Positions 29,349-38,052 of a stretch of DNA of 64,000 bases are shown piece by piece. The notes beneath the pieces are model-generated. The model was not told where the DNA came from. It made no database searches and was given only the letters and a program-made list of their open reading frames with translations. The DNA lies in the IMG/VR virus record IMGVR_UViG_3300012274_000057, positions 124,001 to 188,000 of that record; one strand, 5' to 3'. The DNA is from an uncultured virus (IMG/VR IMGVR_UViG_3300012274_000057). Its lineage: Duplodnaviria; Heunggongvirae; Uroviricota; Caudoviricetes. The translations under genes were made by a program, and so were the position numbers. Every line of letters starts with the position of its first letter. Position 1 is the stretch's first letter.

Positions 29349-30197
29349 TTAGCAAGTAGCAACCCAACTTGTTCCATTATAATATTTCATAATACCATTT
29401 TTCCAACCTGAATTATAAGGTTGAGGTACATTTGATGTTACCCATGAACTCCCATTCCATACATGGCAACCAGATCTATAAGTTGCATCCCAGCCTTCTT
29501 CTGCTTGTAAATCCGATTCATAACTTCCATTTAATGAAGACACTGCAAATTGAATACCATCATAAGCACCAGCAGCACTATTAACAGGAAAGTCATATCG
29601 ATTACTTACAACAGTACTTTGATAACTCCAATTGGCATTCCATGTTCCAGTAGAATGATTATAATATCTAGCATATACTTTATATCCAGTTGCTCCAGAT
29701 GCTCCAGTAAAGGTAACTCTCATTTCTTCTCCTTTATTGAATAATCCTGAAACAGATACGTTTGATGGTTTGTTTGGAATTGTTTGAATTTGATCTAATG
29801 TAACAGTTTTTCCTACACTCATCGTTCCTATCCAAACACCTGTATAAGTAATTTCTATAGCAAATGTTGCTGCTAGATCTACTGAACGAGATCCATCTGA
29901 ATTATGAGGCACTGTAGCTGTTCTAGTAACTAATACATTTTGCCAAATTTGACTATCATCATTTCTATCTGGAACAGATTTACTAAAATTTTGCGTACTT
30001 CCATTTATTGTGGTTGTTCCATTTTTTACTAATCCCCATGTACTTACAGAACTACTTTCCATTATTACTGAAATTGTTACAGAGGATGAATTAGTAGCTT
30101 GATTTGGAGTTGATGACCATTGAATACCTAATCTAACATTATATCTCTCTAAAGCAGAACCACCATAATACCCACTCCAAAATATTCCACTAGCCAT
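29349..30197 (-). CDS. tail/receptor-binding-like protein (beta-rich N-domain plus FN3-like domain)
   Basis: QATNSSSVT...TVPHNSDGSRSV...VTLDQI resembles Firmicute phage tail proteins; PNKPSNVSVS FN3-like start; YNGTSW end. Confidence 0.65.
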   Translation of the reverse strand: MASGIFWSGYYGGSALERYNVRLGIQWSSTPNQATNSSSVTISVIMESSSVSTWGLVKNGTTTINGSTQNFSKSVPDRNDDSQIWQNVLVTRTATVPHNSDGSRSVDLAATFAIEITYTGVWIGTMSVGKTVTLDQIQTIPNKPSNVSVSGLFNKGEEMRVTFTGASGATGYKVYARYYNHSTGTWNANWSYQSTVVSNRYDFPVNSAAGAYDGIQFAVSSLNGSYESDLQAEEGWDATYRSGCHVWNGSSWVTSNVPQPYNSGWKNGIMKYYNGTSWVATC

Positions 30198-30212
30198 AGA
30201 TATACACCTCCT

Positions 30213-31793
30213 TTATATCCAACTTATCCACACATCTCCAGTTTTAGGGCTAGATGGTGCAGTTTTTTGTATCTTTATTTTACTATCTAATGTAGTTATT
30301 GTATTATTTATAGTATTTACTTTACCATCCATTTCAATTTTAGTATAATAACTACCAAATTTGTTATTTATAGTGGTTATCTTACCATCTATTTCACCTT
30401 TGGTATAATAATTACTTAGACTATTGGATAAGCTAGATATACTATTATTTATAGTATTTATCTTACTGTCTATATTCGCTTTATTATAATAATTATTAGC
30501 AAGATTATCAGATAAGCTATCTATACTATTATTTATAGTATTTACTATATTATCTATCTCTAATTTAGTATAATAATCATTAAATTTTTCTATAGCACCA
30601 GTTATCATATCTTGTATTTCTTTAGATAATGCTTCCCATGGTATAGAGCCAGGATCTATTATAGAGCCATCCACTCCTACTTCTGATATAGGAACGTTAA
30701 CTAATCCTATAATATTAAATACTGTTGGGTTTTCTGGTGTCCCTTCCCATATTTCTGTTTCAGGACATAATATATTAATACCATCTTCTGTAATTGTATA
30801 ATCTTCATTTTCTGCTAAAAATACACTATTTTTGAATACTAGTAAAAAGTCAACGCCCTTTCTAAATTTAATTCCTATTTCAATATAGTTTACATTTTGT
30901 GTTATAGCTACAGTATTTTTTCTTGCTACAAATCCTCCATTAATTCCATCTTCTCCAGTAGCTATTACAATCCATCCTGTTCCATCAAATTGCTTTATAG
31001 CCTTAGCAGAAGTATCAAACCAGATGTCTCCTCTTATTCTATCATATGGTTCACTAACACTAACAATATATCTATATCCATTTACCATATCAGCATCTAT
31101 TACACTATCATCTGATATAATTTGTGCATAATTAAATATATATGTTAATCTTTCATCTTGATTAATTACAGGATATGATTGAGAAAAAATAAGATTATAG
31201 TCCTCTGCAATAACATAATCTTCTGTTTTTACAAGTTCATCATTTCGTAATACAACCATTGGAAATTTAGTAAAATCATAACCAACAAAAGGCACAGGTA
31301 TTCTAAATATTCTCTGAGCTGTTCTTTCAACAAAATAATGTTCCATTTGAGTTTTTAACTCAAATCTTTTTCCTTCTTTAATCATATCGTCTAAAACGCT
31401 TGATAATGGGGTACCATCATCATTAAATACTTGGCTTGTTAATGTTCTGGGAGCAGTAGCTATACCATTTTCCTCTATTGTCGCTGGAACTAGTTCTCTT
31501 AATATCGCACCACCTAATATAACATCATCTGTTATTCTCATCCAAGAATATTTAAATTTATAAGTCATATTTGTTTCTTTTACAAGATATATCATAGATA
31601 AGTCTGGTGTTTCAATTTGTTCTCTTTCATATTCAGTTGCTAATATGATAATATTTTCAACTAGAACTCTTTCAGCATTGTTATTATCTACGAATATTTC
31701 ATTTGTGTCTGTACATTCAATAATCTGACCTGTAATTATAGGTATTTTTACTAATCCAGGTTTTAATGCAGATATATATTTTATTATAGTCAT
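30213..31793 (-). CDS. tail fibre-like protein with YYTKxEID coiled repeats
   Basis: four YYxKxxIDxKxxTINN repeats; GDIWFDT and APSSPKTGDVWI motifs; late-type motif at 31820-31831 (-). Confidence 0.7.
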   Translation of the reverse strand: MTIIKYISALKPGLVKIPIITGQIIECTDTNEIFVDNNNAERVLVENIIILATEYEREQIETPDLSMIYLVKETNMTYKFKYSWMRITDDVILGGAILRELVPATIEENGIATAPRTLTSQVFNDDGTPLSSVLDDMIKEGKRFELKTQMEHYFVERTAQRIFRIPVPFVGYDFTKFPMVVLRNDELVKTEDYVIAEDYNLIFSQSYPVINQDERLTYIFNYAQIISDDSVIDADMVNGYRYIVSVSEPYDRIRGDIWFDTSAKAIKQFDGTGWIVIATGEDGINGGFVARKNTVAITQNVNYIEIGIKFRKGVDFLLVFKNSVFLAENEDYTITEDGINILCPETEIWEGTPENPTVFNIIGLVNVPISEVGVDGSIIDPGSIPWEALSKEIQDMITGAIEKFNDYYTKLEIDNIVNTINNSIDSLSDNLANNYYNKANIDSKINTINNSISSLSNSLSNYYTKGEIDGKITTINNKFGSYYTKIEMDGKVNTINNTITTLDSKIKIQKTAPSSPKTGDVWISWI

Positions 31794-31842
31794 AATAACT
31801 CCTCCTTATTTAGTTTACTTATTATTATGTTTGCTGAAGACA

Positions 31843-31876
31843 AATAGAGTGTATATAATATTATATACACTCTATT
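31843..31876 (-). terminator. hairpin terminator
   Basis: AATAGAGTGTATATAATATTATATACACTCTATT palindrome. Confidence 0.7.
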
Positions 31877-31878
31877 AT

Positions 31879-32604
31879 TTATCTTATAGAATTTAATAGT
31901 TTTATCAAAAATGTCATATCTGTCCGTTTAACTATTTCTGATGTACTCTTCTTTGTAGGTAAAGTTCCTCTTATAAATTGAGTTAATGGTATCATTGCAT
32001 CTATAAATTCATTATAATAATTTATATGCCAGATACAGGTGGAATCTATACCTACAAAAGAAAATGCTGTTAAATACTTATATATCCTAAATTCATTTAT
32101 TTTTTGTCTAAGTGAGATTACATCGTTTATAGTAATGTGTGTTTGTTCACCTATCTTCTTTTCTTGCCATGTAAAATTAGCTGGTCTAGGTTTTTGATCC
32201 TGTTGAATATTACACTGACATGCTATTTGACACATATCTTGACAATAGCTTTGACAAGTAGTTAAACATGCTTTTTCACATGTAAATTGACATAACATTT
32301 GACAATTTTCTTGGCAATTTAATTCACAACCAGTTTGACAAGCCGTTTGACAAACAGTTTGGCAAGTTTGACATCCTTGTCGTTCACATTGGCATACTGA
32401 CAAACATGTTGCTAAGCATGCTTCATTTACTAATTGACAAGCATTTTCACATTGATTGCATTCTGCCTCTATGTCCATACACATACATGTATTCATACAA
32501 GCATCTGAACAACTGCTATTTGCTAAAGTTACGTTATTAGAATCATTCAAGAAGTCAGGAATAGTTATTTCAGTACCTTTTAAAAAATCGCTCATTTCGA
32601 TCAC
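31879..32604 (-). CDS. Cxxx-repeat Cys-rich protein fused to a C-terminal globular domain; putative radical SAM substrate (start probably ATG 32595)
   Basis: 26 Cys in about 105 aa, including 12 consecutive Cxxx units; its RBS overlaps the last codons of the radical SAM gene. Confidence 0.8.
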   Translation of the reverse strand: MIEMSDFLKGTEITIPDFLNDSNNVTLANSSCSDACMNTCMCMDIEAECNQCENACQLVNEACLATCLSVCQCERQGCQTCQTVCQTACQTGCELNCQENCQMLCQFTCEKACLTTCQSYCQDMCQIACQCNIQQDQKPRPANFTWQEKKIGEQTHITINDVISLRQKINEFRIYKYLTAFSFVGIDSTCIWHINYYNEFIDAMIPLTQFIRGTLPTKKSTSEIVKRTDMTFLIKLLNSIR

Positions 32605-33857
32605 CTCCTGTTAAATTGAGTTTTAAATAATTCATTTGACTCACCTGCTAACGTATTCATTATATTTATCGATGTATCTAAGCATATATTATAAAATTTA
32701 CATAATATTTCTGGAACTATTGTTAAATCGCCACAGGAAAAATAATTGTTTATAGAGCAATACCCATCACATATATTATGGAGTCTGCATGTCTTACACC
32801 TTTTTGAATCAGAACACCTGACTTTTTTTACATCAAACGAGTTTATAATTTCCCATCTTTTATCATTATAGATTTCAGTGAATAAATTACCTATTATAAA
32901 TTTATCTCCATTTTCTCTGTTTCCTACCATTTCTTGGCAAGAATATATTTCTCCATCGGGACCTATTGATGCAAATCTGTTAGAACCTAATCCACATCTA
33001 CCATATGCAGGTGCATCTGTAGCATTTCTAAACGATGTAGTTTCATTAAATCTATTAATTTTTTTTATATTACCAAATGCATAATCAAATTGCGAAATGG
33101 ATATATCTCTACCTTCTCTTATTAATTCTATATACCAATTAGCAACTTCATTGATCGCTGTTACTAAATCATTAACCTCTTGATTAGTCCATTTGGCAAA
33201 TACATTAACAATAAAAAATATATTATTATATCCTCTTTCTATAGCAAATTTACAGTTATGCAATAATTGCTTACAATTATCATGATCTAATGTCATTCTA
33301 AAAGTCATATTAGGATTTAATTTTAGAGCTTTAGGGATATTATTTATTATTAAATCAAATGATGATTTTCCATTATGAAGAGGTCTATTTAAATCTTGTG
33401 TAGGTTTATCTCCATCAATACTAATCATAATTCCAATATTATTATCTTTTATGAATTGTAGCCTCTCTTCATTCAATAATGTACCATTGGTCGTCATAGA
33501 TAATTGAAAATTATCATTACATTGCTCTCTAATATATTTAGTCAATGGTACAATTATTTCATCCCATTTGAGCATAGGTTCTCCACCAAAGAAATTGATA
33601 CTAGGAATATCGCCTTGTATTTTAGAATTTTCTATAATAAAATCTACAGCTCTTTTTGCAGTATCATAAGACATTTCTTTAGCATATTGATCTATAAAAC
33701 AATACTTACATTTAAGATTACATTTTTGTGTAACATTGAGAAATATAGAAGTTATTAATGGTAATTCTCCATCTTTCCATATTTGTTCTACTGTTCTAAA
33801 ATTATTATTTTCACATTGTTGATTTATACATTGTTCACAATTCATATTAATTACCAC
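32601..33857 (-). CDS. radical SAM/SPASM peptide or protein maturase
   Basis: CNLKCKYC, FFGGEPML, MTTNGT, ISIDG; SPASM RCGLG...YSCQE...CKTCRLHNICDGYC...C. Confidence 0.92.
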   Translation of the reverse strand: MVINMNCEQCINQQCENNNFRTVEQIWKDGELPLITSIFLNVTQKCNLKCKYCFIDQYAKEMSYDTAKRAVDFIIENSKIQGDIPSINFFGGEPMLKWDEIIVPLTKYIREQCNDNFQLSMTTNGTLLNEERLQFIKDNNIGIMISIDGDKPTQDLNRPLHNGKSSFDLIINNIPKALKLNPNMTFRMTLDHDNCKQLLHNCKFAIERGYNNIFFIVNVFAKWTNQEVNDLVTAINEVANWYIELIREGRDISISQFDYAFGNIKKINRFNETTSFRNATDAPAYGRCGLGSNRFASIGPDGEIYSCQEMVGNRENGDKFIIGNLFTEIYNDKRWEIINSFDVKKVRCSDSKRCKTCRLHNICDGYCSINNYFSCGDLTIVPEILCKFYNICLDTSINIMNTLAGESNELFKTQFNRR

Positions 33858-33907
33858 CTTTAAAAAATAATTAAAAAACCCATTACGAGTTTTTTAATTA
33901 TTATATT

Positions 33908-35113
33908 TTATGAGAAATAAGCACCACCAAGTGTAATCCATCCAGAAGTTGTTTTTAATTTTATTACTTTATTTATACTATCTATCCACAACTCATTTTC
34001 TAAAGCATTAACAGGTTCCATAGTCTGAATGTAATATGTCGGTTTCTTAGATAGCATGGCATCAACTTCAGATTTTGTATATACCATATTAGTATCTACC
34101 TTAGAAGCTATCTGTTGGATTATAGTGCTTGACATATTCGGATTACTTGCTAACATATTAGAAAGTTGGGTCAAAGTAGCTAAATCTGTTGGAGAAGCAT
34201 TGATTATACTTTGAATTAAATCTTGAGTTTCTTGTTTTGTATAAGTATTATCTCCATCAGCCTTTGATGTAAAGTAAGTTATTTGATCTTCGGTAACAAA
34301 TTTGTTATACATATCTTGAACTATACTCTCTGCTCTGATAGCTATATCATCAGCAAGTTTTATTGATGTTATAGATTTATCTGCATAATTTTTGGTTGTA
34401 AGAACTGTATTGGCGTTTAAATCATAAAATCTAGTATAAAAAAATATAAATAATGCAAACTCTCCTTGATTTAGGGCATCATTTGGGTTTTTAATTACTA
34501 AATCATCGCCTTTTACTTCATACTTTCCACTAAAATTATAGCCTCTAACAATTACAGCCATCTTATCTTGAGCCAAATCATAATTAGCTATCGGATATGG
34601 TATTTTTATTATCATCTGTTTATCTCTAGTAGCATGTACATAAATAGATTTACTAGCTGTAACTGCTATTTTATCAATAGCCTCTAAGGATTCTGCTAAT
34701 GTACTTCCATCTTCCATAATTACAACACTTGATAATGTCGTAGGAGCGATACTCTGCTCCATTGCAGCATAAAGTCCTTTTGTAGAATAAGTACTTTGTA
34801 AGAACTCATCTGAAGAGAATGCTGTTGTTAAGAAATCTTGTTGATCTTGTATAGTAAGCCATATTAAACCATCGTGCTTGTATACATTACCAGTTTCTTT
34901 AACATAATAAACTTTAGTCATTGACGTATATTGTAATAGGTCTTTATCAGCTTCGGTTGATAGATATATTATTTCATTTAATATTATACGTTGTTCATCT
35001 GATAAATCAAAAAAAGACTCTTTTGTATCAGTGCAATATATTATTTGATTTGTAAATAATCGAGTATTTCCTAACATATCTCGTATTATTTCTTTATAAC
35101 TAACAAATGACAT
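33908..35113 (-). CDS. tail fibre-like protein, paralog of 30213-31793
   Basis: QIIYCTDTKE vs QIIECTDTNE; YTKxE repeats; SPTDLATLTQLS; ENELWID; late-type motif at 35139-35150 (-). Confidence 0.7.
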   Translation of the reverse strand: MSFVSYKEIIRDMLGNTRLFTNQIIYCTDTKESFFDLSDEQRIILNEIIYLSTEADKDLLQYTSMTKVYYVKETGNVYKHDGLIWLTIQDQQDFLTTAFSSDEFLQSTYSTKGLYAAMEQSIAPTTLSSVVIMEDGSTLAESLEAIDKIAVTASKSIYVHATRDKQMIIKIPYPIANYDLAQDKMAVIVRGYNFSGKYEVKGDDLVIKNPNDALNQGEFALFIFFYTRFYDLNANTVLTTKNYADKSITSIKLADDIAIRAESIVQDMYNKFVTEDQITYFTSKADGDNTYTKQETQDLIQSIINASPTDLATLTQLSNMLASNPNMSSTIIQQIASKVDTNMVYTKSEVDAMLSKKPTYYIQTMEPVNALENELWIDSINKVIKLKTTSGWITLGGAYFS

Positions 35114-35208
35114 ATTAAATCCTCCCTTATAAATTAATTAATATTATGTTATCTTTATGGATAGATACAAAGAATAACACTTCTTGAATTAACAAGAAGT
35201 GTTATATT

Positions 35209-35727
35209 TTAATCTAGCATATCATCCCAACTAGGAATCTTTTTTTCTAATTCAGCTTTTAGAGTATTTAATGATGTTTTGAATACAAAATAAGAGACTA
35301 TACTATTTTCTGCATAAATTGGGATTAAGTCCCCATCTGCTTCATGCATAGTATTTGCTTCTTCCATTGTTGATACTATATTAGCAAATACTTTAAGCCA
35401 TTTATCATCAAACCATATATAACCCGAACCAGTATTATATAATACATATATAGCACCTTCTTCTCCTACATCGGGTAAAGAATATACTAATTGTGCACTA
35501 TTAACATCGTCTTGCAGTGCTAAAGCTTTTAATTCTTTATTTGAATTAATTATATATGCTTTATTTGAACCATTATCAGTGGTAACACCTATGACTTGAT
35601 TAATATAAGATGTTGGACTATTTGCATATGCAATTGCTTCACTCATAGTATTAAAAACTGTATCGACATCTAAGGGACCACTAAATAATCTCTTATAACT
35701 TAAAACCATTGAAGTACTTGTTGCCAT
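35209..35727 (-). CDS. probable tail-associated protein
   Basis: located in the tail block; YKRLFSGPLD and LPDVGEEGAIY motifs. Confidence 0.55.
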   Translation of the reverse strand: MATSTSMVLSYKRLFSGPLDVDTVFNTMSEAIAYANSPTSYINQVIGVTTDNGSNKAYIINSNKELKALALQDDVNSAQLVYSLPDVGEEGAIYVLYNTGSGYIWFDDKWLKVFANIVSTMEEANTMHEADGDLIPIYAENSIVSYFVFKTSLNTLKAELEKKIPSWDDMLD

Positions 35728-35741
35728 TTTTAAATCCCTCC

Positions 35742-36920
35742 TTAAATAGTTACAGTATACGTATCTGAACTTGCGAATGGAATACTAGGTGTATAAATAT
35801 ATACTTTATATTCTATAGGCTCATAACTATTAACACCGCTTACTTGAATTAATTGTTTTGTAAAAGTATTTTTAACATCTAAATTTAATGCACTAGATAT
35901 TACACTTGTAATATCTCTTAATGTAGATGGATAAGCAAATATTATCATTGATGTACCAAGTGATATATTTATAGTTAATTTGGTTCCATTAACAGGATCT
36001 AATATATTTTGAGGTAAAGCTCTAATATTATCACTATCTATAGTACTTATTGTGGATATTAGACTACCATAGAAGGCTTTTCTTTTACCTACATATTTTA
36101 ATGTAGATGAAAGAGTTCCTGCATTTATTTGACCTATCGGATAATCGTTACCTAAATTATCTTGTTTTATAGCTCCTTGATTATAATCTACACTAGATGT
36201 GAATTTTAGATTTTCACCATCTGGTACAACTATACTAGTTTGTGAATAAGACTGGATAGCTAAAGCATCTACGACCTTAGTAGTACCTAACGAATCGATT
36301 CTGGATAAACTATATTTAGTTATATCTCCTGCATCGTTCTTAATAAATGAACTATTTATAGTTGGCGAAATTGCAGAACCAGATTCTAAAGTTTGTATGC
36401 CTCCTGGTATTATTGATAAAGTAGGCATTTTATAAATAGGAGGGATTATTTTTGCCATTTGATTTGCTATTATTGTTTGGATAGGAGTACCAGATGGTAT
36501 TATGTCTCCATCTTTATATACACCTATATTTTGCCCTATAACATTTATAGGAACAGTAGTTAATAGATTATCTGCTCCAGTTCCTATACCAGTTTTTATA
36601 TATTCTCTAATAGCTTCAGCGGTTACTAATCCGACTGTAGATTCATCCATTATATTAGAAATGTCTGGAATTAACTGTTTCCATTCTGTTCCATTCCATA
36701 TATTTACACTTAAATTTGGTAATATATATATTTTATTTTTACCTGCAATGGTAGGTAACTCATTTACAAATGTTGCGTTTTGTGTATAACACTCATTTCC
36801 TTTATAAATTTCTTTTGTATCATTTATATAGTATAAAGCATTTGGATTTTTAATTTGTATTAATTCATATTCCGAATGCGTAACATTAAACCATTGAATT
36901 ATATTGGTTATTTCAGCCAT
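35742..36920 (-). CDS. probable tail-associated structural protein
   Basis: NALYYINDTKEIY, LPTIAGKNKIY, IIFAYPSTL; late-type motif at 36939-36950 (-). Confidence 0.6.
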   Translation of the reverse strand: MAEITNIIQWFNVTHSEYELIQIKNPNALYYINDTKEIYKGNECYTQNATFVNELPTIAGKNKIYILPNLSVNIWNGTEWKQLIPDISNIMDESTVGLVTAEAIREYIKTGIGTGADNLLTTVPINVIGQNIGVYKDGDIIPSGTPIQTIIANQMAKIIPPIYKMPTLSIIPGGIQTLESGSAISPTINSSFIKNDAGDITKYSLSRIDSLGTTKVVDALAIQSYSQTSIVVPDGENLKFTSSVDYNQGAIKQDNLGNDYPIGQINAGTLSSTLKYVGKRKAFYGSLISTISTIDSDNIRALPQNILDPVNGTKLTINISLGTSMIIFAYPSTLRDITSVISSALNLDVKNTFTKQLIQVSGVNSYEPIEYKVYIYTPSIPFASSDTYTVTI

Positions 36921-36955
36921 ACTAATACCTCCTTAAACTATGATGTTGTTATATA

Positions 36956-37987
36956 CTATTGTTTCCAAGCCAATAATGTATCTATTTCTTGTTTACTATA
37001 ATAGCTTCTAATTATGTCTTCTACAGAATAATATCCATCTCTAATATCTATTTTATCAAAGTATAAATCTTTCATTTCATTTACATCATAATATTCAGTT
37101 GCTAATTCTTGTTTAGAAACATAGTTTTGTTCTAGATAAGCTACATCTACTTCGACTTGTTCTTCACTTCCAGTTCCTATTTCTCCATAAGCAGAATATT
37201 CTGCCATCCAAGTATTACCAGCATCCCATGTTATAAATTTATATATTTGATGGGAATTTGCAGCAGGTTGAACACCTCTATTATTTCTAAATAAGATATT
37301 TTCACCGAATTTAAATTCTGGTTTAAATGAATACGTTATTATATGCCAATATATTTCACAGAATTCATCTAGTGTTTTTGGTAATATAATAGTAGCATTT
37401 TCATGCATATTGGTAGTCATTTGTCTTTTAATCGCTTTTAAATTTACTCTACCATTTACAGGTTCTATTTTTTCAACTCTTGTACTTTTAGTAGAATCTT
37501 CATTATCTGGAATACCTCCTCCACTACCATCAGGATTATCTCCAGCTATTGGTAGATCTGTCCATACTATACTTCCATTTTTCTTTTGAGGTACAGTTAA
37601 TTCTCTTGCAGTATCAAATCCAACTATTTGTATAAATGAATATTTACTTTCAATGGAAGATCCATCTAATTTACTAGCTTTAGGAATATAATGCATAGTT
37701 CTATTAGAATCTACTACTTGTAATGAATTATCTATAGCTGTTTTTATTTGAATAAGATATTCTGTTAAATTTATAGTGCCCAATCCAGGAATCGTAATTT
37801 CTATTTTATCTCCACCTATATTATCTATAGCGTTTTTTATCTCAGATGTTACATCGATCAATTCCCCTGTAGGAGAAGCTATATAAATATCTCCAGTTTC
37901 ATAATTAATTACCAATTCCTTGGGCTTAGCCAAATGTTTATCTTTATAATCTAAAGGACTTATAGGAATCCTTCCCAATTTTGCCAT
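36956..37987 (-). CDS. probable tail-associated structural protein
   Basis: ELVINYETGDIYI; C-terminal YYSKQEID repeats; late-type motif at 38014-38025 (-). Confidence 0.6.
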   Translation of the reverse strand: MAKLGRIPISPLDYKDKHLAKPKELVINYETGDIYIASPTGELIDVTSEIKNAIDNIGGDKIEITIPGLGTINLTEYLIQIKTAIDNSLQVVDSNRTMHYIPKASKLDGSSIESKYSFIQIVGFDTARELTVPQKKNGSIVWTDLPIAGDNPDGSGGGIPDNEDSTKSTRVEKIEPVNGRVNLKAIKRQMTTNMHENATIILPKTLDEFCEIYWHIITYSFKPEFKFGENILFRNNRGVQPAANSHQIYKFITWDAGNTWMAEYSAYGEIGTGSEEQVEVDVAYLEQNYVSKQELATEYYDVNEMKDLYFDKIDIRDGYYSVEDIIRSYYSKQEIDTLLAWKQ

Positions 37988-38052
37988 AATATTTACCTCC
38001 TTTTAATAATATTTACATAAATGTTCTAAATAATTATAGACCAGCATCTCTG

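Noticed and set aside
26798..33857. rSAM genes as anaerobic sulfatase maturases or DNA-modification/cofactor enzymes
   Set aside because: No sulfatase or queuosine/cofactor pathway genes recognised nearby, whereas Cys-rich repeat proteins are adjacent; not formally excluded without HMM searches.
33867..33902. AT-rich inverted repeat between the tail gene and the rSAM gene
   Set aside because: The stem is almost all A/T and no promoter motif follows, so I cannot call it a real terminator; read-through from the 35139-35150 motif is plausible.
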